A stretch of 62,306 bases of DNA, the filler included, from Choristocarpus tenellus KU-1152 (Eukaryota > Protista > Phaeophyceae): the NCBI GenBank assembly GCA_964200185.2. It is 9 parts of 9 records of this genome, joined end to end, with 100 filler letters (N's around TTAATTAATTAA, not from the genome) between each part and the next. Parts side by side here need not be neighbours in the genome. Positions count along the whole stretch, not along the records: positions 39,437 to 48,424 come from CAXNAD020004115.1; positions 48,525 to 55,465 come from CAXNAD020007006.1; 7 more parts are not named here. The stretch is one strand, 5' to 3'. Position 1 is the stretch's first letter. Each line of letters starts with the position of its first letter. The position numbers were made by a program, and so were the translations under genes. Under the pieces are notes generated by a model. That model was not told the DNA's origin, ran no database searches, and worked only from the letters and a program-made list of their open reading frames with translations. This document shows, piece after piece, positions 40,278 through 53,100 of this stretch.

Positions 40278-43200
40278 CTTGATGGCCTCCTCAAGACAAC
40301 GCACCGCCTCCTCATTTTCCCCCTCGTAAGTGCATGCCTTCCCTCTCAAGAACAAGCCCTTGCAGTACCACTGCTTGAGGGCCTTGGCCTCGCTCACCCC
40401 CCTCTCCACCAGCTTAGCCATGACAGGTCCATTCTTAGAACGAGAAAGGGATGCACACAATGTGATCACCTGCACCAACACAACCATAGCAAAGCAACCA
40501 AAGCAAAGCAAAGCAAAGCACAGTAGAGTAAAGTGAAGCAAAGCAAAGCAAAGTACAGTAGAGTGAAGTAAAGCAAAGTAAAGCAAAGCAAAGCAAAGCA
40601 CAGTAGAGAAAAGTAAAGCAAAGTAAAGCACAGTAGAGTAAAGCACAGTAGAGTAAAGCAAAGTAAAGCAAAGTACAGTATAGTGAAGTAAAGCAAAGTA
40701 AAGCAAAGCAAAGCACAGTAGAGTAAAGCAAAGCAAAGCAGTAGCGGATGTTCACAATAAATAAAAGGAGTGGAAAGAAAAGCCATCGGCAATTAAAAAA
40801 TATATATATTGCCTCAGGCAATTTTTTTTTTAACCTCAGGCCCATACAGCACTTGATGCAGTCGTGCTACCTTTAACATGGTAGTCAATGAATGATACAA
40901 ATACAATTATTATATAGTATCAGTGACAAACATATTCAACAACTGGATTGTACCCCCCACCTACCTTAAACATGGTAGTCAATGAATGATACAAATACAA
41001 TTATTATATAGTATCAGTGACAAACATATTCAACAACTGGATTGTACCCCCCACCTAGCAGGAACCACTTCCTCCCCCCCCCCAAAAAACAAACAAACTG
41101 GAATTTAAAATAAATACCACAACATTTCATCCATACCTGAAAAAGCACTACAAGTCAAAATTCAGCTAAAAAAGCACAAGAAAAAATAGCGGCAATACAA
41201 CAAACCCTAACCCTAACCCTAACCCTAACCCTAATGCCAGCTAGTGATGTACAGTACCACACCAACGCAAAACAAACACCGCATCCCACTACAAAATCCA
41301 ATCCATTATTAGCGCCACATCACATACAGTGCCAAGAGCCCACCCGCAGAACCAAAAACATCCCTCGGGTCAAAGTATCTGGGGGGGGGGGGGGGGGGGG
41401 GGGGGCGGCGCCCCTTTTTCCCCCTCCTCTTTGGGGGAGAGGGAAGGGGGGGGGGGGGGGGGGGGNNNNNNNNNNCCCCAACCCCGCACCCCACACCACA
41501 CCCACCGGCACCGCCCCCCGCCCCGAAAGGCGGCCCGTGCGGGGGGGGGTGGGGGGGGGGGGGGGGGGGGGGGGGGGGGTGACAGCGTCCATTTTGACCC
41601 CTCACATTTTCGGCAGAAGCCATCGCCTCCCTGAACTTCTTGAGCTTCAGGTAGCAAGTTGCAGCATTGTTGTGACTCAGCACCAGAACCTCTAGAGCCC
41701 TAGCGTTCTGCTCATCCGACATGTCCTTGCAGCACCCCACCACCGCCACAGACTTCATGTACCTATTAAAAATTAAAAAAAAACGAGAGTCGAACCTGAG
41801 CATGAGATGAGCCTCTCCCTTTTATTTTATTTTATTTATTTTTTGGGGTGGGGAGAGTGAGGGACGTGGCGAGCTGCTACGATCTCCATACCCTAATGCA
41901 TTCTAATTCCCAGCGGGTGTACTCCTGAGAGGTGTTGAAAAACAAAAAAACAAAATTCTGTCGATGAACTTCTAATCCAGAACATTCCTAATAACTGCTA
42001 TTTCATAACATTCCTAACAACTACTAATCCAGAACATTACTACCAACTTCAAATTCAGAACATTCCTAACAGCTACTAATCCAGAACATCCCTAACTACT
42101 ACTAATCCACAACATTACTAACAACTTCAAATTCGGAACATTCCTAACAACTGCCAATCCAGAACATTCCAAACTTCAACATTCCTACGTTCACACCAAC
42201 GAGGAATCGAAGTTCAATGGAGCAGTACACCAGAATAACAGTTACCACCAATGGTACAAGAAATCACAAAAATACTGTTAACAATCTACTCCACGGCCTT
42301 ACCACCCCAACTACTATAAACCAATAAAACCTACGAATGATAAAAAAGCAATGCTCCTGTGCTAAAAAATAAATAAATCATATTTGTACCAGACTACAAC
42401 CACGCCACAGTAGTTCTGTTAGTAATATCGATATACAACTCATTGATACAATCAGCTGGGGTGGGACAAGGGGGGTAATGGGGGGAATGAATGAATGAGG
42501 GTGGGGCAGGGGCAGGGACGGGGGCGAGAGGCTAACAACGCTTCAAAGCAAACACAGACACGAAATTTTCATCATAGTACAGTAAACTCAAAAAAAGGAA
42601 AAGAAAAACGCCACTTGCAATTAATACCATGCTTCAACTATACACACAACTTCAATTAACTTTTTTTTTAAATCAAGGGGGTTTCAACATCGCTCAACAA
42701 CACTCCACCTCCCTAGCCCTAACCCCAACTATACTCTGTACTACTTACCGGTATTCACCAGAATAAAAAAAAAAGACCACTTAATATACAAGATGATGGG
42801 GGGTTTTTTAAAAAGAGCACAAAGAAAAAATTTTAGCTAGCTAACTTATTGGAAAAAAGTTGAGGGTAATAAGTTGTCACACTTGAGAACAGCGCCAGAG
42901 TAGTCCTTCTGCTTGAAGCACACGGTCCCCTCAGCCTTAAGGTCCGCCGCATACTGTAGCTTCTCCAACACTGAGAGGACGTGTGGCGTGTGTGTGATGT
43001 TTGCGTGTGTCAGGGAGAGAGAGAGGGAGAGAGAGAGTTATCCACAGTAGTCCAGCTCTCCCACTCCAAGGCATGCGTTACATAAAAAGAGGTATCGCTG
43101 TGGAGGAGGACATTGCAGGAGGTGGACACGAAGACCCATGCACAGGAGACTTACTCACTAGTCCCCTTGGTTTTTCAGAGGAGAGGGATGGTGTGGTCCT

Positions 43201-45229
43201 CTTGGAATGGAATCGGCCACATCGAAGGGGACGGTCTTGGGAGAATGAAGGCAGACCGTAGAAGGTTTGCATGTATATTGCAAGGCCTGTTAAAATTGAC
43301 CACCGGCAGCCTCTATCTACAAGGAACACTCAAAGTTGCGCTCAGTCCACAATTGGGTATCGTCTAATCATTTAAAACGGAAATTAGGGCATAATACTGT
43401 TGCAAGTGGGTTGGGCAGTGGGAAAGAGCTTTACGTTGGGATGGGCTGTAGATGATAATCGATTGCTTCAGATCCCAACCAAAATTGGACATGACACCCT
43501 TCAGTAGTGCATCTGGACAGTGAAATCGACTAGTCTTGCAGGACACCTCAATGTGTGCATTGGGGTTAGACAAAGGCTTTGCGCATGTATTAAACAATCA
43601 AATCAAACAATGCTTTGATCTACGGCGGAACAATGAAATCAAACTCGACAGCAGTATAGGTCTATTCTGCCTCATACTTGTAAGGCTTATTGAATGCGAA
43701 AAAATCACGAGGGGGCTTAGGAAGCAATGAGCACAGCTTTGTTTTTTTCGCTCCATCTATTATAGAGGTAGTTTGTTGCATATACATTTACCCTGAAGAG
43801 GGTAAACCCTTGAAATGTGAATGAAGGGCTAACCAAGGAGCCTCCAATCAAATGGATACAATGAAAAGAACTTACTTCAAGTAACGTGCGGATATTAAAG
43901 GTGGACCAGGAGTGTAGGATCACTGGAAGCATGGGAGAAGATGTACATCTCAACATTAAATTCGCCTCAGCATCAGAGACCCTTAAGTGGTCATCATTGC
44001 AAGAGTTTATGGCAGGCATAATTCTTGCTGCGGATCTAGTCGTCTGCACATGAAAAGAAACAATGCAAAGATGGGCCCTCGCAATCGAAGTGGAGCGGAT
44101 ACAATAACATTCATCTCATTTCTCACCAGACATTTCGTAGACCTTTTTCGCCTCAACAACCTTGACGGTGTCTCGTTTGACGAAAGAGCGGGGCTTCTGC
44201 TCGCCGACCATCTCCCATCCCATAGCTTGGATGTCGAGCATACCGTCATCCCGCACGCTCATGACTCTCCCCCTTCCAAAAGCCCACGTAACCTGATCAC
44301 CAACTTTTGCCTCCCGTGCGGGCTGCACCTCTCCTTCCACTTTCGCCTGTATTGAATATAGAGTTAGGTTAGACAGTGATAAAACGCCAAAATGGTCAAA
44401 GCCGTAGGTAGGAGAGGAATGGCGCTTCTGTCGATAACCGCATTATGGAGAAGGGAGGATTACACATCACTGTAATCGAACACACCTCCGTAGTTTCGAC
44501 CTTAGCAGCCTCCTTTGGCCTCGGCAATGGCAACATGACGTTACTCAGGCCTGGACTGATATACGAAGGTACAACACAGTGCAACCCCTGATGTACCATG
44601 ACCCCAGACTTGGTCTCAACAAGGTCATGCCCCTGGATCACTTCAGCTGGCACGCCGTTGTCACCGGATTTCAATTGCGCAAGGCCTTGGGCAGATTCGT
44701 CATACTTGGGAGCCAAGTCAATCTTCGAAGAAGAGGCATCAGCTTCCAACGCCGTCTCGTTTGTAGCTGAGAAAAGGTTGCTGTCCTTCATTGGCACCTC
44801 AGAAGATGGTACAGATTGCAACACTTGGGCTGACACGTCGTTGTTGACGGGTTTCAATCGCAAAGGGTCTTGGGTAGGTTCATCGAACTTGTTGGCCAAG
44901 GCAGTGTTCGACATAGTGGCAACGTCCTCCAACGTTTTATCAGATGTAGCTAAGAAAACATTGCTGTCCTTCAATGGTGCTATAGCAGGCGAAGCAAGGA
45001 CCTCTTCGGTTGACACGCCACCGTCGACGGGTTTTGACTGTACAACGTTTTGAGCATTTTCTTCATATTGGGGGGAAAAGGCAGTGTTCGACATAGGGGC
45101 AACAACCTCTATCGACTTCCCAGGAGTAGATGACAAAACGTTGCTATTACTGAATGGTCCCCCAAGAACTGTCGTGTCATGGAAAGTCGGGGCTTTCTCA
45201 ACCACTCCTGATGATGAGGCTACTGTCAT
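40278..45229 (-). CDS. TPR-domain protein (FKBP/Cyp40 co-chaperone-like TPRs) with ~60-aa N-terminal repeats; 3' end unresolved
   Basis: Exons 45229-44486, 44346-44127, 42970-42883 (LKAEGTVCFKQKDYSGAV), 41762-41606 (SHNNAATCYLKLKKFREAM) and 40469-40278 (KGLFLRGKA..EEAVRCLEEAIK). Phases are consistent. Confidence 0.82.
40487..40745. repeat. Degenerate pentamer satellite (AAAGC/AAAGT/AGTAG)
   Basis: Direct inspection; about 50 units in a TPR intron next to the acceptor. Confidence 0.95.
40867..41057. repeat. Near-perfect tandem duplication, ~94-bp unit x2
   Basis: AACATGGTAGTCAATGAATGATAC...GGATTGTACCCCCCACCTA occurs twice. Confidence 0.92.
41203..41234. repeat. Interstitial telomere-type (CCCTAA)n; others at 1670-1693, 4011-4033, 16181-16208, 21680-21703 and 24160-24180
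   Basis: Direct inspection. Confidence 0.9.
41367..41600. mobile_element. G/C-run-rich MITE (family C), 3-bp TSD CTC, inserted in a splice-donor motif
   Basis: ctc|GGGTCAAAGTATCTGGG...GTCCATTTTGACCC|ctc; the interior contains Ns and is low quality. Confidence 0.7.
41965..42190. repeat. Minisatellite, ~25-26-bp unit (AGAACATTCCTAACAACTACTAATCC)
   Basis: About 8 diverged copies. Confidence 0.9.
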
Positions 45230-45566
45230 CAAGAATCCAGAGAGAACGGCTCCTCCCCAAAGTCGCCGCTATCCAGACCTCCACTAAATAGTTGGGAGGT
45301 CTAAAGATAATCGACTAAATAGTAACTATGGCAAGTAGTGCTTGAACGGTTGTGGTTGGCGTGTTCTTGTAACTTCGTATCTAGTATTTTTTTATGAAAG
45401 ATGTTAATTCCAGGGTTAGGGCTCTTACAACATTGTAGGCAATGGATAACTAATGGATTAGACAATCAACGATCCAGGTTCCAAACTTACGCAGGATCTC
45501 CCATCAACGGAGTTGATAGGGACTTAGGGACGGCGCTTCGACTGCAATATTTTGTTCTCATAGACG

Positions 45567-45886
45567 ATGTCCAGGTTCGCGAGGAAGGAACGCCCTCCAT
45601 CGGGTTTCGAGGTTATCGAAGCCACCATGAATGCCCTTGAGATTGAGCTCCGAGAGAGTGAGTGAATGAATTGGTGATAAGAATAGTAGAGGATGACCCC
45701 TGCGCTAGGGGCTATGGTAGGAAATACAACTTGATCATGATTCGACTGTTGTTGTAGAGTGTGGCGTACAGGGGTCAATGGCAGCAAGAAGGAGTAAGTA
45801 GGACTTCTTGACTTGTTGTAGTGTGTAGGGGTTTGTGCGTGAGGACGTATCTCTCCCCCCAACACGCACTATAGCTCGCTCGCTCT

Positions 45887-45942
<56 letters not shown>

Positions 45943-48290
45943 TGTGTTGTGTATGCAAACTCCCATTTTTGTACTATCCTTATCAGGTCAGATACATCTC
46001 CAGCCCAATTCCAAATTCTGTTTCTGACTTTGCAAAAGTTTTGCGGATCATGTTTGTGTGATAAAGGAATGTTTGGATTATAGGTGAGGCCGTGTTAGGA
46101 TAGCACTTGTGTCTGAGCTACCCACAGGCCTCCTTAACTTGACCTTTAACCCTACATATTGAACACGCTCTTCTTCTTACCCCAGAGGTGAACGAGCAGC
46201 ACGAAGGCAAGCGAAAGAACGAGTCCCTCTGGCCCGTGTTTCAAATCACCTGGCAGCGCTCACGCTACGTGTTTGACATGTTTTACGTGTACAAAAGGAT
46301 TTCTAGGGAGGTACTGGACTACTGCATTCGCAACGTGAGTACCCTGCATCTGACTCCCCTGATATTTTAAGGTATTGGTACTTCTCATATATGAGTCCTG
46401 TTTATTCGCTTCCGTCGAGCATTGACGGCGTATTCAAATCCCTTGGGTTGGTTCTAGTTTGGCACGCCACATGGAGAATACTGTTTTCTCAAATCCCTAC
46501 CCCCATACCCTAGGAAATTGAAGTATGCTAAGGCCCCCCCACCCACAAACTCCCTCTACGCCTCCTATTAGCAGTCCATGTTGCCTTGCGACACTGTTGC
46601 CAACCAGTTCTTTGGCTTCCTTCCCCAAAAAACCAAACATCCTCTCCAACGTTGTAATTTTCAGAAATTGGTGGATGGTGGGCTCATGGCCAAGTGGAAG
46701 AAACCCGGGTACGAGCGACTTTGCAGCACCTACGTCATCAACACAAAGAACTACAAATTTGGGACTGTCAGCATTTGTCGGGTGAGGGCACTGCAGTATT
46801 GTGTTGACTCTCGAACTCTGGGATCCCCAATGTCAACATATCATGAGAATCAGCTTCTACCATTGATGAAAGTATAAGTGCCTTCATTGATCTTGTCAGC
46901 TGTCCTTTTTCTTACCTATATTTCCTTCACCAGAGTGCTTTGTGTGCTTTCAGAGTGGAAATTTGCAGGGGCTTTGTGACGTAATGTGATAGTATTTGAG
47001 TATGTGTGTATACCATGTGAAGTTCATGAGCTTGCACATCAAGCCCTCCTGACTATCCCATTTATTTATTTTTATGTGCTTCTCCTGCGCTGTTGTGTTG
47101 CTTGTGTGTGCATCTGCGACATGTGAGCATCATTTGGACTCACCAACTCCTCAAAAAATAGCGATCTTAATTTTTTGTGATGTCCCCCATCTGTTGGTGG
47201 TTGGGATTAACAACAGAAACAGAAATGGAAATTGTTGCTAGCTACGACTGCTACAATGTTTTTGATTCAGAGCGATTCCTCTTGGGTGATACACCAGGAC
47301 TTCCTTCCAACAAATAGACCGTGGTGTTGTTTGCTCCCGTTGGAGTTTGTGAAATTTTGTGCAATGTCAATTCCGACATGATGCAATTCCTCTACTCTTT
47401 GATTTGAGTGTGCTCTACAGCTCTTTCTCAATCCTCCCCGATTGACACTACACGACTAAGCCTTTTTCGAGTATCTTTAGAAGATTTGTGTGTGTGTCTC
47501 TTGTATCGGATTTTAGCCCCCAAATTGGAGTAGTTGTAGGTGTTGATTCCCTGCCATGGCCTTGTTTTGCTTGTCCTTCTGCTACTGTTTCATATCGTAC
47601 ACATGTTTCTTGTAGCACCCTTAGTCTCCAATCTATCACCAAACAAGGAGCTTTTTTGGTGGGGGGGGGGGGGGGGGGGGATGTAAGCCCCCCCCCCCAC
47701 CCGCAAGCGCAAAAAAAAATTAGGGAGGGGNNNNNNNNNNTTTTGTTATTCTGTTTTATTTTTGGGTTGGCGGGGGATGGCGGGATAGCATAATTACCGC
47801 CTCCTTACACTCGATAACTTAAAAAATATATGAGTGATCGGTACCAGGTTTCACACCTAGGAAATGTTTACTTTGTTTTGTAACGTCGTGAGAGATGCGA
47901 CACGTGCGTCTGTGCGACGCCAACAGTGCGTCGCGCAGAGTTGTGCCGCTTGGATTGTGGAATCTGTCCTTGCTGCGGTTCTTGCTGAGCCCCCGAAACA
48001 CGCTGATCTCTCGTGTAGAAACCTCTTTAGGAACCCGGGGGGGGGGGGGGCTCTGTCTGCTCGTTTTGTCACCAAAGCCTATTTTTATTTTCCATCTTTT
48101 TTGTCCGATGCCCCTCTGCTCAACCGTGTGCATTTGACATTTGTGTTTTGTCCAGGTTCCAAAGCAGTACCTCTCTGCAGGTACTGTAGTGGAGGATGTG
48201 AATACAGGATGTCGTGGATGTGCTTCTGGATCAGGGGGGAACAAGAATATATTTGGCAACAAGTACGGGCAGTACCTGGCGGCCATTCAG
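45567..48290 (+). CDS. BUD31: BUD31/G10 spliceosomal protein homolog, cysteine-reduced and C-terminally extended; 3' end lies beyond the contig
   Basis: Exons 45567-45657 ([21 protein letters not shown]), 46186-46334 ([29 protein letters not shown]), 46665-46781 ([22 protein letters not shown]) and 48156-48290 (VPK..GCRGCAS). Confidence 0.92.
45889..45938. repeat. (CT)n microsatellite in BUD31 intron 1; also (CATC)n at 3391-3421 and (TG)n at 10931-10951
   Basis: Direct inspection. Confidence 0.95.
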
Positions 48291-48774
48291 GTACGTGTTC
48301 TATCTATCTGTGTGTGGAAGTGTATTGTGCAGGGTTATAAAAGGGTGCATTTTTTCTTGTGAGAATGAGGGGAGGGGGGGGGGGGGGTGGGTGGGATCCC
48401 GGTGGCGGGACTCTAGCGGGAAAANNNNNNNNNNNNNNNNNNNNNNNNNNNNNNNNNNNNNNNNNNNNTTAATTAATTAANNNNNNNNNNNNNNNNNNNN
48501 NNNNNNNNNNNNNNNNNNNNNNNNCGTTATTAGGCCTAAAGAAATAAAATATCCTAAACATAAGAACACTATAAAACGTGTGCTGTAATTTCTTGGAACC
48601 TTACCTGGCGGTGCACTGCATGTTTAAATTGCATGGGTAGTTCCAGCTGTTTTTTTTTTTTTTAAATGAATAAAATCGTTACTCATTAGTGGTACTGATT
48701 GATGTGCTTGGTTTTCTCCTTTACTACTATTGAGTTGATCTCGAATCATGTTTACATGGGTTCAAGGTTGATCA

Positions 48775-49274
48775 GAAGAAAGGGGGTGATGTGAAAAGGA
48801 GGGTTGTCTTTTATCGTACCGTTATTGCCGTATGCCATACACCGTTATCCCGATTGAGGTTCCTTGTCGGGAATACCAGATTCCAGTGGAGAATCTTTCG
48901 TCAGATCGAGACGTAAGATCTTTCAAAATATCGATCCTACAAGTAGCGGATACTCTTCAATAGGAGATGTCAAAGTTATAAAGGTTCTCTTTGCTGCTTT
49001 GTCTTGACATTCTGATGATCCCCCTCTCATCATGAGATTCTCATCCCTTTTCCAGTCTCATTTTCTCTCACAATGGTATCTGTGTTCTACAGATTTCATA
49101 GTCCTGTAAACTCAGAACGAACCTAATCACTCCCCGCAACTGCGGATAATAGATTACTTTGTAGATGTTGCACGTATTTCATTATCAGAGTTATCGGCGT
49201 TCAGTGTCCCGTTCTTGGTCGCAGATACTCCTCGACAGGTTGCTTTCTCCCTCCCCCTTCATTTTCATTTAACA
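48775..49274 (+). mobile_element. Possible 3' LTR preceded by a polypurine tract
   Basis: GAAGAAAGGGGG followed by TGTGAAA...TTTAACA; no second copy in the window. Confidence 0.4.
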
Positions 49275-50142
49275 CGAGGTTTAAACTCCTGTGATACAAC
49301 CACTTGGAGCACATTGATATTACTCTTTTCCAGAGGGAAAGTTAGAAAATGATCGATTAGTGTTCTTGCTTTTTACCAGGGGAAGAGCTCTAACTCACCC
49401 CTTCCTCCAGATAAAGTAACGAAATAGTTATGACTTTGCCAATCTAGGATAGTGGCAATTATTTATTATTTGACATGTAACAATATGTAGTACATGCAGG
49501 GATGTCAACAGTATATCTTATAATCATGATTAGTTAAGTAGTGCAACTCCTGAAACTTTTCACTGGCTTTTCGAGTTGAAACTAACACAAAAAAAATCTC
49601 TTCCTATACAACGCATCCACGTTATGCTTGCATCCATCTGAGTATGATCTTGTAGGGCTTCCTATCTCATTCTACCATCCCAGGCTCTTCTTAGATGATG
49701 TCAAAGCTACTGATAGTATCCTACACGCTCATCATCCCACTCCATATCCTCTGCACATAAGGACATTATACACTCGCAGCATATAGATTGTAACCAGACA
49801 CACCCATTGAAACACAAAACATTTTACTGCATACTGAATCAAATTCATGCAAGTGGACAAATAATATCCAACAACATCGAGCCATTCCAATGCGGTGCAA
49901 AATGTGATACAGACAATTCGCCCCAATATGAATAAAGAAAAATTTCTGCCTCACAAAGTGACAAGGCACAATTGTGAGCAAAACAAACAAATAAATACAA
50001 AAGTTTGTGACTTGTCACCGTACAACTATAGAAACAAGTACACAATGAACAAGACATCAGTCATCGTCCTCAGTCATTTCAAGCCTTCAAACGCATTGAT
50101 ACAACTAAGTTTCAAACCACTTCTGTCAATAACATATCTACA

Positions 50143-53100
50143 CTAACCCCTTTTCTCCATTAAACTGCTCCAAGGATCTTGTCGTGGAGCCCCTTCTTTG
50201 AAAATAGCATAGTTATCACCAGTCTTCCCAAGTGGTGTCACCCCTGTCTTTGGACGAGCGTGTTTACCTTCCCCATTCACAGCAGACACAGCCGCTGCAC
50301 CTCCTGCACCATACCCAGTTGTGTCCCATGCATCATGGAAGTCATAGCCAATCTTCTCACAGTGTGGCCAGGTGAATGTATCATAGACATATGGAAGAGC
50401 ATTCTCATGAGGATCCAGGGCTCGCAACACCTCACGGTTGGTGAACTTGTCAATTGCAGTTTCTCCCCAGATAGTAACAGGCAGGGTTTGACCAGTAGTT
50501 TCCTTGAATCCAAAGGGAAACTTATCACTGCCGCGGTGTCCCACACATTGCCCAGATGCATCAGAGCTTACAACAATGTCATACTTCTCTCCATCCTCAT
50601 CAGTGTATGTTGCAGTATGGTCCGGCCAGGTAGTGTCTGTCAAAGTGCCAGTCAGGAGCTGTGCCAAACAGTGACAAGCATTTGTAGGGCAAATGTTACA
50701 GATCAAATCAGTGCAACATCAACTTGCCGCTCAAATCAAGGTCAACAAATTACGTCGTGAACACTACTCTGAAAACTGTTCAAGTGCCTGTGTCCATCTC
50801 AACCGTACCTTGTACTGCATAAGCCTCTCCATGGTACCATGGGTAGGCCAGAAAGTGGGATCCAGGGGAGAACTAGCCTGAACCTGGTCACCATCATTCA
50901 CTGGCCTGTTGCACATTAGGCGCGCCACTTCACGTCTGGTGTCCTCATCGAAGTCCTTCGCACTCACATACGTTTGATCAATATCCATCGACTCCAAAAC
51001 TTTCAAATAGTCATCTGAGCCTTTTTCAAAGCTTAGGTCCAAGCACCCACAGTAGCCTTGATCAAAGATCTGTTCAACCATGACGCACAGATCAAAACGC
51101 CCGCAAAAGTGAGTTAGCAAAAAATTAGGATGCTTCAGAAAGCACAAGCATGCACTACCAGTAGCTCCCTAAATTTTTATTTCTTTCTGAACAGTGCAGC
51201 TGACAACAGCTTTTTATGCAGAGTGATAATTATCTGAGCAAAAAGAAGAGAAAACACCAAATCACAAAATTTTAGCAAAGGCAGAACATAGACAAAACAG
51301 GGTACCACGCTAATTTCCACTGTAAGAAAACACAGAAGACTCATTGACTCTGATTGAACAGTGTGATATTACCTCAAAGGTGTCGAGATATTGAGGGGTG
51401 TCATCCTTGCAGAACAGCAAGCCATCACGGTAAAGGGTTTTCCTGTGTGTGATGGCAAGCTTTCTCAGATCCATCGTTGTCTCCACACCCACAAGGTTGG
51501 CAATATCATTGAACGTTTCCTGACAGTCCAGGATACCCCCGATCCAAAGGTGGATAGGACCATGAGGATCAACCAAAGCATACCATGACCAGCCATAAAA
51601 GGTGTTGTAGTCAGTTGTGAGGCTGTAGTGGTCAGCACACGATGGCAGCGCTTGAGCTGATGTTGCATCCCCCCCACAAAACTCTCCAAAGCCTCGAGTA
51701 ATGTATCTGCAGAGGACAAAATGCAAAAGTAGAATAAGCAACAAAATATCTTCAACAACAATAGTGTGGCTTCCACACAAAAAAGGGAAAACAGACAATT
51801 ATTACCGATGACAAAAAGGAAATATAGAATAATCAACAAAATGTCTTCAAGAACAACAATAGTGTGACTTCCACACTAAAAAGGAAAAATAGAAAATTTT
51901 GACAGCTAGATGACATCTCTAACAACGAAGGAATATTGGATTGGTGTATCAAACTGGATGCACACATTTTCATTGGCATCACAGTCAACCTATACTATGG
52001 TCATATTGGTCATAAAGCAAATGCATTCTCCATCAAAAGTACAACATACCACATACCACATTGAACAAAAAGGGTCAGGAAGCTACTATTTAACCTTAAT
52101 GCTGAAAGGATACAAAATACATAGAATGTCCTCACTCGCGATTGTTGGTGTTCCAAGGAGCCCTCAGCTTCCCATACACATTTGCCAACCCATCATTGTT
52201 CATCTCCGGAGATACATCAGGGATCTTCAGATTTCCCCAGCGACCGTCCTTCACCTGATATATACACAAAGGCAGATACAACAAAAACCGTCAACCAGCT
52301 TACATGTTTGTGGAAGTTAACATGTGAAAGAATCTTTCTGATCAGCCCGGTCCAGAGCAGAGAGATAAACAACAGTACCTCCATTTCACAACTTGTTAAA
52401 TGCCACAGTAGTGAAGCGCGAATATCCAATATGTAGCCATGGAACACATATCTAACCACAATCGTTTACATATTTCATTCCACAACACACAATACAGTGA
52501 AGCTCTTTGTCCACATGTACATACCTGGAAGTCCACGGGGTCATGGCCTCCAAACCATGACTCCCCGAACAGTGGGCTCAGCCTTTGGAAGTCCGAATCC
52601 GATCCAATTGCTGTCTCAATCGTGAAGTCCCAGTATGGCATTGCCAACCTAGGATTTATCGTCTGGAGACTGACCTCGAACACATTGGTGATCAGGACAT
52701 GACTTGTAAGGAACCCTAGCCCGTGATGGAACTGACAGAAGAACAATTACGGGGCAGCAATTGCACAAGACATTCATTAGCTGGCTTATCGCAGCAATTG
52801 GCATTACTTCCTGCCCACCACATGAACATGAGAACCACTTTACAGCGTGTACCACCAATACATACATGGTAATTCTCAACATTTGAGTAGAAAGATTGCA
52901 GGAAGGTAACGGCATACAGTCCCCCCCGTCGTGACCTGCCAACCACAGTCAATCTTTACATCATCTCACATGGTCGCATTCTACATCTTCACCGGCAAGG
53001 AAATGTAGCAATCCCAGGTCCCACACACTCATGTAGTCAGGACCGTACTTTTCTCTACCCTCCACCGTGTCCAGCTCCCACATGACGTACATCTAAAACA

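Noticed and set aside
40435-40845. Hydrophobic LCFALLY-repeat ORFs
   Set aside because: Translations of an intronic pentamer satellite.
41234-41695. Poly-Pro/poly-Gly ORFs
   Set aside because: Derived from G/C homopolymers and Ns in a MITE.
43080-44100. LINE RT relic in the TPR intron
   Set aside because: Only faint motif resemblance (LDKGF, TRGLRK); not supportable without a search.
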